DNA of 64,000 nt from Octopus bimaculoides (lineage: Eukaryota): contig NC_068989.1 in assembly GCF_001194135.2 (NCBI RefSeq), forward strand, positions 5,259,478 through 5,323,477, in the 5' to 3' direction. The notes beneath the pieces were generated by a model, which saw only the letters and a list, made by a program, of their open reading frames with translations, did no database searches and was not told where the DNA came from. A program made the translations under genes and the position numbers. How positions within the stretch are numbered: the first letter of the stretch is position 1; every line of letters begins with the position of its first letter. This document shows positions 23,520 to 35,598 of this stretch, in pieces.

Positions 23520-23774
23520 CTCTCTGACTTTCTAGACCGACTTCTAACACGTTTATTTACCCCACTTATCTCTCTCTTTACCTCTGTCTCCCATCCCTCT
23601 CTCTACTTCTCTCTCTCCACTGCTCTCTTTCCTCCTCTCTCTCTCCACCTCTCCCTATTTTTCTCTCTCCCTACTTCTCTCTCTCTCCACTCCTCTCTTT
23701 CCACCTCTCTCTCTCCACCTCTCCCTATTTTTCTCTCTCCCCACTCCTCTCTCTCTCTCTCCCCACCTCTCTAC

Positions 23775-23811
<37 letters not shown>

Positions 23812-23925
23812 CCCTGCTCTCTCTCCCCACTTCTCTCTCTCCACTTCTCCCTCTCTCCACCTCTCTCTCTCTCTCCACCCTGCTCTCTCTCCCCACTTCT
23901 CTCCCTCTCCACCTCTCTGATTTTG
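23520..23925. repeat. CT-rich polypyrimidine tract with cryptic higher-order units
   Basis: Recurrent CTCTCTCCACCTCTCCCTATTTT and CTCTCTCCACCCTGCTCTCTCTCCCCACTT units. Confidence 0.9.
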
Positions 23926-23944
23926 AGCTTATCAATATCATTTA

Positions 23945-24165
23945 TGTAAGGCGACAAGCTAGCAGAATCGTTACCGCGCCGGACAAAATGCTTAGCGGCA
24001 TTTCACCCGGTCTTTACTTCTGGGTTCAAATGCCGCCAAGATCGACTTTGCCTTTCACCTTTCGGGGTCAATAAAATAAGTACCAGTTGAATACTGAGAT
24101 CAATATAATCGATTTAACCCCTCCACCAAAATTGCTGGCCTTGTGCCAAAACCTGAAACCAATAT
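23945..24165 (+). mobile_element. SINE A inserted in the LINE
   Basis: AAGGCGACAAGCTAGCAGAATCG...GGCCTTGTGCCAAAACCTGAAACC. Confidence 0.85.
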
Positions 24166-25429
24166 TATTATTTCTGTGCAATCTTCCATTTGATCTTGCA
24201 CTCGAGTTTATTAATCTTTGTTGTTACCAGTCCTGGTATTGCAAATGAATTGTAGGATACTTTCTACTACACGAAGGAACCTCTGAATGTTATTTTTGTC
24301 AAAAGCTGCGATAATATTCTAAGGTCACACTTTCTGTGTTCAATAATTTCAATAACCGTTTTCATCAATACCTAAGTCTTGGTAACACTCGTTATGTGGG
24401 ACACGAGAGACAGTGAGAATCGAGTTATGGTAATGTCTTTCGTCTGGAATTAGTTTTTCCCACGTTCAACTATCAAGTATGAACATTTCCTTTGGCTAGA
24501 TTCCATCCTTATGTCAGTTGAAAATGTTATTATATCTGGCTGATTCTCAACATTGTAAATATTTCCAGTATAGATCTTTTAGATTGTCAAAAAAAAAAAA
24601 ATGTGTTGCTTTGTTGTCTCTTACTGCTGTAGACCCTACAATATAATTACTGGATTCTTGTAAAAGAAATTACAGTGGATTTAGAGCCAAAATAAATAGA
24701 GACACAGACAGGCTGGCTCCTTGAAAACATATGCAGAGTCAGTGACAATCGTTGAACTTTGAGTTACAAGGATAAGGACGGTTGACCTAGTCTTTGCGAA
24801 CGTTCCAACGACAGAGAGTAAAACAGGTGGTAAAGCAGGCGGTACCTTTGTTAAATGCAGTGATTCCATCGACCACACTTGGGGAATAGAGTCAAATGCA
24901 TTTTTGTAATCAAGCCATACTTTCCCTGGGGCTCTAAGGTATTCTATCTAATTATTCAGAAAGCACAGCTTCATCATTTCAAAGTTTCTTTGCACATTCC
25001 AAGACTCACTTCTTCCTGTCTTCTCATTGGTCGTTACCTTGTTGGATTCGCCGTGGTGTTGCATGAATTGAATTAAACCAGAAGGTCTCTGGTCTCCACA
25101 TGACATTCTCCTGAAACGACGATTATAGATTTTTTAAATTTTCAGATTGTATAATCTCTCCTGCAATAATCTCTATTGGATTAGCTCAAAGGTTCTCAAC
25201 CCATTTTGGCCAAACGCCTCCTTTTGACCCTTGGAGTCACAAATGCCTCCCCCACACACACTAGAAAATATTTTTATTTTTTAATATACTACTTATTTTG
25301 ATATCAGCAGATAATCATTAAAAAAATAAAGGACGTCGTTTTATATATGCGTTTGTACGCAATCGGGAGTACAGATGTACAAATTGGAATGCAGAAGAAA
25401 AAACGAAATAATAAATTGAAAGTTTGGTA

Positions 25430-25640
25430 ATTGCATTTATTTATTGCCTACAGGGGGATAAACATACAGGGAACAGGCAAGGACAGACAAGAGGATTAAG
25501 TCGATTACATCGACCCTCAGTGCGTAGCTGCTACTTCTTTAATTGACCTCGAAAGGATGAAAGGCAAAGTCGACAACGGCGGAATTTGAACCGCTAAGCA
25601 TTTCGCCCGGCGTCCTAACGATTCTGCCAGCCCGCCGCCC
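25430..25640 (-). mobile_element. SINE A
   Basis: Body and GCCTACAGGGGGATAAAC tail. Further SINE A copies are at 18470-18620(+), 26780-26965(-), 29770-30016(-), 31580-31700(+), 34237-34590(+, two), 36360-36575(-), 36605-36780(+), 44050-44245(-), 44340-44550(-), 47730-47930(-) and 47960-48104(+). Confidence 0.85.
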
Positions 25641-25898
25641 TGCCACGGCCAACTTATTGCCAGTGCCAGATTACCAAAATTGTAGATGATTTTATTTTTT
25701 TCATTCAATAACCGTCGTATTTCGTCTTATAATAGATTAATACAAATCCTAAATTTAAACTTAATACCAACCATTGCTGAACGGTGAAACACTCAGAACT
25801 TGCTGTTGACCTACAAACTGGTTTTTCTGGAAGAAGATGGGGAGGAAGAGGAGGCAGAGGAAGAAGAGGAGGAGAAAGTGTGTATGTATGTGTGTGTT

Positions 25899-25936
<38 letters not shown>

Positions 25937-26169
25937 TGTGTGTGTGTGCGCGCGTGTATATATGTATGTATGTGAGCATGAATATGTATGTGTGTGTGTG
26001 TGTGTGTGTGCATGCTATTTTGGTTCTGTCTTCCACCCTCCAGCCACCTCCAGTCCTATAACTACCCAAGCATATTTATTTGCTCAACACATTCACATCA
26101 ATTCACCCAAGTCTATATTTTGAATCAGCTGATCGTCACTTTTACGCTTCACCTTTCCCTCTTCAGAGA

Positions 26170-26207
26170 AAAATATAAATCACCACCACCACCATCATCA
26201 TCAACAC

Positions 26208-26247
<40 letters not shown>

Positions 26248-26510
26248 GATCATTGTCATCAGTCATCGTCATCATCGTCATCGTTATCATCATTACCATT
26301 ATTATTGTGATCAACATCGTCGCATCACCATCATCACCATCATCAGTGGCAAAAGCAGTTTTATCATCGTCATCGTCATCATCATCATCATCATCATCAT
26401 CATTATCACCATGGTCGGAGTCGTAGTCTTCATCGTCTTGGTGGTAGTCATAGTAGTGGTTGTGATGGTGATGGTGGTGGTGGTGGTGGTGGTGGTGGTG
26501 GCGGCGGCGC
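26170..26510. repeat. Compound trinucleotide tract (CAT/CAC/GGT)n
   Basis: Direct reading. Similar tracts are at 31280-31575, 43190-43290, 44770-45460, 60570-60640 and 62460-62510. Confidence 0.9.
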
Positions 26511-28216
26511 AGGTTGTTTGTCAGTTTAGTACAGTTTAGCTGTTGATAGTGAGCCAATTAGATTCACCTCATTCGGTCCCCCCCACATCCCTGACGTCCC
26601 CTCCCCTCCCTCTCTCGATCAAACCATTCATTTATCGAGCATTTATTTCAGATTATTTGATTAAATGATTTTATTTTATTTCATGATTTTTTCCTTTTTT
26701 ATTATATCTTTATTATATTTTTTTAATTGTAATACAGTATCTTTTTTATATATATAATCGCAAGAATAATTATAGCAGCACTAGTCCTTTCTAATTTTAG
26801 CTCAAAAGCAGCTATTTTTAGGGGAGGGAGAAAAGTCTATTGCATCGATCCCAGTACCTGACTAGTATTTTACTTTATCGATCCCCCGAAAGGATGAAAG
26901 ACAAAATCGACCTCGGTGGAATTTGAACTCTGAATGTGAAGACGGGCGAAATGCCGCAAAACATAGTTTGAGTATAGTTTATGCAGAACCAGTTCCCCTC
27001 TCTCATCTTTCAAACTTTTATAAGTCTGATGCAAAAAGAGTCTTCAGCCTAGTAGTTACCAAGATGCAGGTTTCCGTGTGGAGTTATCTTCTCTTTGAAT
27101 GAACAGCGAAAAAGCTGAAGAGCCTCGTCTACGTTGGGTCTGTGAGCGAGTAATCGTCTTTCGGAGGCAATTCGATGGCATGGTAATTAACCTGCAGGTA
27201 GAACCTTGATACTACTTCGCGTTGGAATAGACCTGTGATCAATAGTGGCTAAGAAGTGGTTCCGCACTCCCCAAAACGCTGGAACTCCCGAACCAGACGC
27301 CCTGTTACCGAATGAAGTTCAAAGACATTCTCATGATTAAACTGGTGCTGAACAACAGCAACAACAACGCGAACAGCAAAACAATAAAGACAAAAACCAG
27401 AAGAGTTGATTGTAATATCTCTAAAAAAGTCTTTCCTCCATCACTAACACCGTCTGTCTCTCTATTTATCCATCAATCAGTACCACATCACGTGACTACC
27501 GCCATTTTTCGAAATACTCCTTATTATATATCCGTGCATCCAAATATTCTTTCCTACCAACACCTCTCTCTCACTCTCTGTCTGTCTGCCTTGCTTTCTC
27601 TCTTTCTCTCTTTCTCTCTCTTTATATATATATATATAAATCTTAAATATACATGCATACATAAATGTGTATATGTACATACACACAAAAAGATACATAC
27701 AAACGTATATATATATATATATATATATATGTATCTGTGTGTGCGTGCGTGTGTGTATACATATATACCTGCCTACATATATATATGTGAGATATACGTG
27801 TGCATGTGTGTATACATACATACATGCATACATACATACATGCATACATACATTCATGCATACATACATACATACATACATTCATACATACATAATACAT
27901 TTCTATATATATATATGTATACATACATGTGTGTATGTTTATGTTATGTATGTATGTATGTATGTATGTATGTATGTATGTATGTGTGTGTGTGTGTATG
28001 TGTGAATGTATGTATGGACGTATGTATGCATGTTTGTATACATTTAAATATGGATATATCAGTCGCTCAACATTCCACATTCTATTCTCTATAATTGAAT
28101 TACCTTCCAAACTGAAGGATCAAATATGGCAACATAATCGAATTATTTACCCTCTTCCTACACTGCTATTTATTTTCTTATTTGCGTGTGTATGTATCTA
28201 CATGTATACAAGTTAG

Positions 28217-28252
<36 letters not shown>

Positions 28253-29444
28253 ACAGTAAATACGCATGCGTGTATGTATATGTTTTAAAGCTATTTCTAA
28301 TCTTTAAAAAATAGCATCCAACGCTCACAGATGTTGGTAATACTTGTGTTGCCGGATGAAGAGTGATGCCCGTGGTTGATATTATTATTTACGACGTTTA
28401 TATTTTACGGGAACGCGCGTGGCCTAGTGGTTAAGCTGTTGCAGTCACGATCGCTTGATGGTGTTCGATTCCTGGACCGAGCTTCATTTCACATTACACC
28501 AGTTCACTCGGCACAAATGTGTAGCCCTGCAACGGACTAGCCTTCCGGTCGAGGTTATTTGTTCTGCTTAAAAAAAAAAAACCCTTCAAAGAGGTGTCCC
28601 AGCATGGCTGGAGTCCATTGACTGAGGTAGCGTGTGTGTATGTGTGCGTGCGTGGGCCTATATGCGTGTGTATGTTTGATCATCAATGAAGTGGTCACTT
28701 TAGTAGCGCCTCATTTTCGACCTGGAGGTATCCATCAATTTGTCGTGTTCGCTTTTCTACATTAAGTACTTCACACCTACCTCCGTCCTTAATAACCATC
28801 TCTCGACCGAAGTAGCCTTCCCACTTACTCCCACGCCGCATAAAACGCCCATTACCTCGACCAGCCTCTCTGAGATAAAGATGCTTCCGTGACTGGTACA
28901 CATCTGTTGATGATAATACCAAATCATTATGGTACCACTTTGGTTTATCTCCTTGACTTTCGACAAGTTCCGAAGGGAGATAAAAAAAAGTGTTATATTG
29001 TTTGAAGCAGGGGGAATAAGTAATATAATCACGAATGACCAGAGGTGTAGGGATGGCTATGTGCTTAAGAAGATTGCTTTCCAAATATGGGGCCCCGAGT
29101 TCTGTCCCACTACTAAAAACCCGAACCGACCAAAGCATTGTGAGAGGGATTAGTAGACGGAAATTCAAAGAAGCCCATCCTCTATCTATCTATCTATCTA
29201 TCTATCTAAGCGCACTTCACTTTTGAAGCTTTGATGAGGCTATTCGGAAATACACAAACATTCAACTATTGAACAAATTGACCCCAGGTCATTTTTTTCC
29301 TGCTTTTTAAGTCTGGCATTTATTCTATCAATGTCTTTTGCTGAACCTGTAAGTTACAGAAATATTAACAAACCAATGGGGAACACACACATACACACAC
29401 ATGATAAATATCTTTCTCGAGTTATATATGGGTTGGATTTTTTG

Positions 29445-29637
29445 GTTTCCGTAGATATTCCCCACTGGACGGGACTCCGGTTCATCGCAGAAGTCACTCA
29501 TTTTTGTGAGCTGTGTGGACTGGAACAGCGTGAAATAAAGTTTCTTGCGCAAGGACAAAAATGCGCCGCCAGGAATCGAATACGTAACCCGACGATCGTG
29601 AGCCCGATACCCTGACCACTGAGCCACGGGTCTTCAC
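29445..29637 (-). mobile_element. SINE family C with a GTCCCGTCCAG-type tail
   Basis: GTGAAGACCCGTGGCTCAGTGGTCAGGG...GTATTCGATTCCTGG head. A related copy is at 28410-28555(+). Confidence 0.75.
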
Positions 29638-30190
29638 CGTGTTAACAAACAACATTAAATGTTATGTCGCTATGCGTTAACGTTGCTTTTGAAGACAAGA
29701 GCGACAGACAGACACTTGACTCCCAACAGCCCACGTGATTGGATTAAAGTCCAACTCTTCACATGTATAGTCGACTTCGGCAGAATTTGAACGATTCAGC
29801 CAGATCACCACCTTAAAATGGATCAAATATTCTTTTCTACTCTAAGCACAAGGCCCAAAATGTTGTGGGGAGAGAGTAGGCCAGTCGATTTATCGACCCC
29901 GAAAAGATGAAAGGCAAAGCCGACATCGGCGGAATTTGAACTCAGAACCTAACGGCAGACGAAATCCCGGTAAGCATTTCGCCCGGCGTGCTACCGTTTC
30001 TGCCAGCTCGCCGCCGTGCAAACCGGGAATATTAAAACAAAATACAGCGAACATGCAGTAGACACACCACAGCGCCATGGGTAAGTTTATGCGAACTGAG
30101 AGTTTTTTGCAGAACAATGCAATCGGTTTTGGCTGCTTCTATGATACGGAAATTATAGTCTGGTGCATTCACATCTGTTCTACCTAGCCT

Positions 30191-30224
<34 letters not shown>

Positions 30225-30429
30225 ACAGACATTTGCACATACATACACACACACACTTGCATACGCGCGCGCGCGTGCTCTTGCACACGCATAACGCACA
30301 CACGTGCACACAACAAAGACTAAAATAATATATACATACACAGGCACACACACACACACACACACCAACAGGTTATTGCTCCTTCCCCCCCCCCAATCTC
30401 TTTCCGTTTTACAACCCTTCTCACTTTTA

Positions 30430-30701
30430 CTCCTTTTATGTGTCTCCTCCCGGTTTCTCTTTCTGTCTCTCTGAAACTCTGTCTCTTTTTCTGTCTCTTA
30501 GTCTCTGTCTCTATCTGTCTCTCTGCGTCTCCCTCTCTCTTTTTGTCTCTTAGTCTAACTCTCTCCGTCTCTCTCGGTCGCTTAGTCTGTCTCTCTCCGT
30601 CTCTCACTTTCTGTCTCTCCTTCTGTCTCTCTCCGTCTCCCTCTCTCTTTCTGTCTCTTTGTCTATCTCTCTGTCTGTCTCTCTGTCTGTCTCTCTTTCT
30701 G

Positions 30702-30737
<36 letters not shown>

Positions 30738-30794
30738 TCCGTCTCTCTGTTTCTGTCTCTCTGTCTGCTTGTCGGTCTGCTTCTCTCTGTCTCC

Positions 30795-30872
<78 letters not shown>

Positions 30873-30935
30873 CTCTCTGTATCTCTCTGTTTATGTCTCT
30901 CTCTGTATCTCTCTGTTTATGTCTCTCTTTCCTCA
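30430..30935. repeat. (CT)n/(CTGT)n low-complexity tract
   Basis: Direct reading. Confidence 0.9.
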
Positions 30936-30990
30936 TTTATACTCTATGTTTGGCTAAGTTTGCTTTTTTAATCCCCTCCACATTTTATTT

Positions 30991-31021
<31 letters not shown>

Positions 31022-31283
31022 TTTCTCCCTCCCTATCATACTCCAATTCTTATTTGAACCTTTCTCATTTGCTCCCTCCTCCCTATTTCACCTTCGGCTT
31101 TTCTCGACCCTAATCCTGTTTCATTCTCTCTCTTTCCCTCTCTCTTTCTCTCTCTCTCTCTCCCCTCGACGCACAGACAAATCGATAGTATCAAACAACC
31201 ATTGATTAAGGTCAGAGATCGAATTAATTTATCATTTGGAAATTACCCAATACGGAAAATTTTCGGAAAACACTTTCAGTCGC

Positions 31284-31339
<56 letters not shown>

Positions 31340-31743
31340 CCATCATCATCACTACAGCCACGTAATACTACTACCTTCACCTTCACTACGCACCACTACT
31401 TCCACTCACTCCCACACTCTGTACAAACATCACCACCACCACTGCAAGCATTCTACCAGTTACATCACCACCACCGCCACCACCACCACTACTACTAATA
31501 GTACACCACCCATCACCATCACAACCACCACTACTACTACCAGAACCACCGCCGGAGCCACCCATCATCACCACAATAATGTTCTGGCTCTTTACGTTCT
31601 GAGTTCAAATCCTGCCAAGGTCAGCTTTGCTTTTCATCCCTTCGGGGGTCGATAAAATAAAATACCAGTCAAATACTGCGTTCGAAAGTATCGACTAGTT
31701 CCCTGCGGGAACTGAACCTAATTTATAAAAAATACTTATATGG

Positions 31744-31815
31744 TCCGCGGTAGTATAGCGGTACGTATCCTCGCCTGTCACGGGGGAAACTGGGGCTCGA
31801 TTCCCCGCCGGGACG
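31744..31815 (+). tRNA. tRNA-Asp(GTC), probably a pseudogene
   Basis: TCCGCGGTAGTATAGCGGTACGTATCCTCGCCTGTCACGGGGGAAACTGGGGCTCGATTCCCCGCCGGGACG aligns to the eukaryotic tRNA-Asp pattern (CTGTCAC anticodon loop). T5 terminator at 31825-31829. Defects: G.G mismatch in the anticodon stem, T54C (CTCGATT), and an acceptor-stem bulge. Confidence 0.8.
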
Positions 31816-31836
31816 GCAGGTTACTTTTTAGGCACA

Positions 31837-32010
31837 GGCGCGGCTGTGTGGTAAGAAGTTTGCTTACCAACCACATGGTTCTGGGTTCAGTCCCACTGCG
31901 TGGCACCTTCGGCAAGTGTCTTCCACTTTAGCCTCGAGCCGATCAAAGCCCTGTGAATGGATTCGATAGAGGGAAACTGAAAGAAGCCCGTCGTGTATAT
32001 ATATATATAT
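31837..32010 (+). mobile_element. SINE family B, 5' half ending in (TA)n
   Basis: GCTGTGTGGTAAGAAGTTTGCTTACCAACCACATGG...GGAAACTGAAAGAAGCCCGTCGTGTATATATA. Confidence 0.85.
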
Positions 32011-32240
32011 AAAGATGAGCATCAAAACTTTCCCTTACCTTCCCCGCAGTCTAGACTTTGTTCCAAAGAAAACCTCAGGAGCAGTCGATTTTAAGACACC
32101 AAGAAGATGAAGGAGGCCGTGATAAGGGCCCTGGACACGTTCGCTTTGGAGGGCTTCCATACCTGGGGCCTTCACGAAGTGGGTAGAGAGGTACAAGTGC
32201 ATTGAAGCCAGAGGATCCTACATTGAAGGAGGTTAGACTT
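32011..32240 (+). mobile_element. Mariner transposase C-terminal fragment
   Basis: Decayed MSIKTFPYLPRSLD (PYSPDLA-like)...KMKEAVIRALDTFALEGFH...KWVERYKCIEARGSYIEG. Confidence 0.7.
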
Positions 32241-32291
32241 AGGCGTGTGTGTATGCTTGCGTGTGTGCTTTTGTGTGTGTGTTTGTGTGTT

Positions 32292-32340
<49 letters not shown>

Positions 32341-32380
32341 GTGTGTAAGATAAAAGATATGGCAGAGTGTTGTTTCAAGG

Positions 32381-32624
32381 CGGCGAGCTGGCAGAAACGT
32401 TAGCACGCCGGGCGAAATGCTTAGCAGTAGTTCGACTGGCGTTACGTTCTGAGTTCAAATTCCGCCGAGGTCGACTTTGCCTTTCATCCTTTCGGGGTCG
32501 ATAAATTAAGTACCAGTTACGCACTGGGGTTGATGTAATCGACTCAGTCTATTTGCCTGTCCTTGTTTGTCCCCTCTATGCTTAGCCCCTTGTGGGCAAT
32601 AAAGAAAAAAGAAAAAAGAAATAA
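32381..32624 (+). mobile_element. Young full-length SINE A with a 17-bp TSD
   Basis: AGAGTGTTGTTTCAAGG is repeated at 32364-32380 and 32625-32641. The body is close to the consensus of the window copies. Confidence 0.92.
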
Positions 32625-33309
32625 AGAGTGTTGTTTCAAGGAATTTGGTTGCGATTGCCCTAATGTGGTTCCAGGGGTCTGATCACAACAACAACAACAG
32701 AAACGGCGACGACACCAACAAAAGAGCAACTACAAACATAAACTTTCCAGTTTCTCATATGTCTCCGCATCATAAAAATCATCATCATCTTCTTCTTCTT
32801 CTTCTTCTTCTTCTTCTTCTTCTTCTTCTTCTTCTTCTAGTACTAGTGCATTTTAAAAACCTTTATCTCCTCCTCCTCCTCTTCACCGCTCCTTCTCCTT
32901 CCATTCATCTCCCACAACTCATTTACTAAAATACATAAATTAGATTAGGGGCAGCAGTACTAAAAGGTGGTTTTATGTACCAACGAAAGGGTTACGAGGT
33001 CACGATCAGATTGTGCGCAGTCCTCATTGTTTCAGTCCTGCATTGCACTTTCCCCCGTGTTGCATTATAGTTTTAGCGTCGATAAATCCAGCCACGCCCA
33101 CTCCACAGACACCTACATAACACCACAAACCCTACAACGCACCAGACTGACGCCTGTAGGGTTCGATCATTGTTGCTTCCGTGGATCGATATTGGATCAA
33201 CAGAAACTAGCTTCGATGTTTATAGTAAGTATTTGTACGGATGCATACGCATAAGATATATAAGCACACCTACAACACACACACACAAAGATGTACGTAG
33301 GCGTGTGTA

Positions 33310-33361
<52 letters not shown>

Positions 33362-34719
33362 TATATATATATATAATTAATTAATTAAAAACCAAAGAAA
33401 AAGAAATGAAAAGACAANNNNNNNNNNNNNNNNNNNNNNNNNNNNNNNNNNNNNNNNNNNNNNNNNNNNNNNNNNNNNNNNNNNNNNNNNNNNNNNNNNN
33501 NNNNNNNNNNNNNNNNNNNNNNNNNNNNNNNNNNNNNNNNNNNNNNNNNNNNNNNNNNNNNNNNNNNNNNNNNNNNNNNNNNNNNNNNNNNNNNNNNNNN
33601 NNNNNNNNNNNNNNNNNNNNNNNNNNNNNNNNNNNNNNNNNNNNNNNNNNNNNNNNNNNNNNNNNNNNNNNNNNNNNNNNNNNNNNNNNNNNNNNNNNNN
33701 NNNNNNNNNNNNNNNNNNNNNNNNNNNNNNNNNNNNNNNNNNNNNNNNNNNNNNNNNNNNNNNNATATATATATATATGTATATATGTCTGTTTGTTTGT
33801 GTGTGTGCGTGTGTGTGTAGTTTAGATGCACGTACAGTAACACACAAATACGTACACATATATCAAAATGAATTTGTGTGAGTTGCTTCTTTCTGTTTGA
33901 AGTATTCAAGTATAAAATTAGTAAAGGAAACGTATGTTTATTAGAAAAATTATAAAAAATAAACTTAGCGTTGAATTTTGAAAGATGAGCAATGATCTTT
34001 TTGAATATAACAAGATATGATTATGCCACACTGTCCCCTGGTATTGAGTACTTCTTATAGTTTAGGTGCATTTCACATAAAGTTATTGCCACCGCGTCTT
34101 TCTCCAGCCTCAACAGTAAAAGGTATGCACATACACATATACATTATTATTATTACGAACAGCTGATTTGAAACCTTTAGGTTCCATGCCCGAATTATAA
34201 ATTCGCATTTATGCAAATAATATTTGGGGTATTTTAAGGTGTCGAGCTGGCAGAAACGTTAGCACGCCGGCCAAAATGCTTAGCGGTATTTCGTCTGCCG
34301 TTCTGAGTTCAAATTCTGTCGATGTAGACTTTGCCTTTTATCCTTTCGTGGTCGATAAATTAAGTACCAGTTGCGTACTAGGGTCCATCTTATCGACTGG
34401 CCCCCTCCCCACAAAAATTTCGGGCCTTGTACCTAGAGTAGAAAAGAATATTTGATCCATTTTAAGATGTCAACCTGGCAGAAACGTTAGCACGCCGGTC
34501 GAATTGCTTAGTGGTATTTCGTGTGTTTTTACGATCTAATCAACTAGCCCACTCCCCAAAATTTCGGGCCTTGGACCTAGAGTAGAAGAGTATATATATA
34601 NNNNNNNNNNNNNNNNNNNNNNNNNNNNNNNNNNNNNNNNNNNNNNNNNNNNNNNNNNNNNNNNNNNNNNNNNNNNNNNNNNNNNNNNNNNNNNNNNNNA
34701 TATATATATATATATATAG

Positions 34720-35098
34720 GATGTGCTTCTTTCAGTTTCTGAATACCAAATCCACTTACAAGGCTTTGGTCGGCCCGAGGCTATAGTAGAAAACACTTGT
34801 CCAAGGTGCCACGCAGTGGGACTGAACCCGGAAGGTTGTTCTTATGGAAGACCAGCAGTCTCCCTTGCATACCAGCCTCCCATCTTTATGCTACTGATGT
34901 TATCCAAGGTAAAATCAAAGGCCGATGCAGCTTTGCACCAATGACGTAGCAAGTCATTTCTACAGCTGAGTGAACTGGAGCAACGTGACACAAAGTGTCT
35001 TGCTCAAGAACACAATACACAACCCGGTCCAGGAATCGAACTCACTACCACATGATCGTGAGCCCGACGCTCTAACCACTGAGCCATGCGCCTTCACC
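34720..35098 (-). mobile_element. SINE C (34830-35098) joined to the 5' part of a SINE B (34720-34830)
   Basis: C head GTGAAGGCGCATGGCTCAGTGGTTAGAGCG, tail ...CCTTGGATAACATCAG...CTTCCATAAG, then B body CCGGGTTCAGTCCCACTGCG. Confidence 0.8.
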
Positions 35099-35552
35099 AT
35101 TTATATAGTATACATGAATTAAAATTCATAGCAATAGCGCGTAAAGCAATTCTCGATCGCTTTTGTCTGAGGTAGTTTTACGACACTCAATAATAACGGA
35201 AGAGTCTGCTAATATTAAAGCCGCAACAATTGATTCTCTTTGATGACTGCCGAACAGATTAAAACTAAAAACACAGGGGAAATTCAACATCAACTAAAAG
35301 TATCTTTTATCTTTATTAGTTTCAGTCATTAGACTGTGGCCAAGCTGGAGCACCGCCTTCAAGGGTTTAGGTCGCAGAAACCGACACCGGTACTTATTTT
35401 TCTAAAGTCAGGTATTTTCTTCTAAAGTCAGGTATTTTCTTCTCTTTTGCCGAACTGGTACGTTACAGGGGCCATAATCAAATCAACTGTCAAAGTGGAG
35501 GATGGACAAACACAAGGACACACACACACACATACGTACACACACACACATA

Positions 35553-35598
<46 letters not shown>

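Larger units (their letters stand above)
23100..25060 (-). mobile_element. Heavily decayed RLE-type LINE reverse transcriptase region, interrupted by a SINE A and a CT-rich tract
   Basis: Minus-strand motifs in colinear order: WLDYKNAFDSIP, LFILALNPL, HIFF..DNLK (decayed DD motif), KCSYLIVERGK, YQDLGIDEN, NSFAIP (24170-25060), then MHGY...TIQVQDI (23100-23500). Many stops and frameshifts. Confidence 0.7.
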
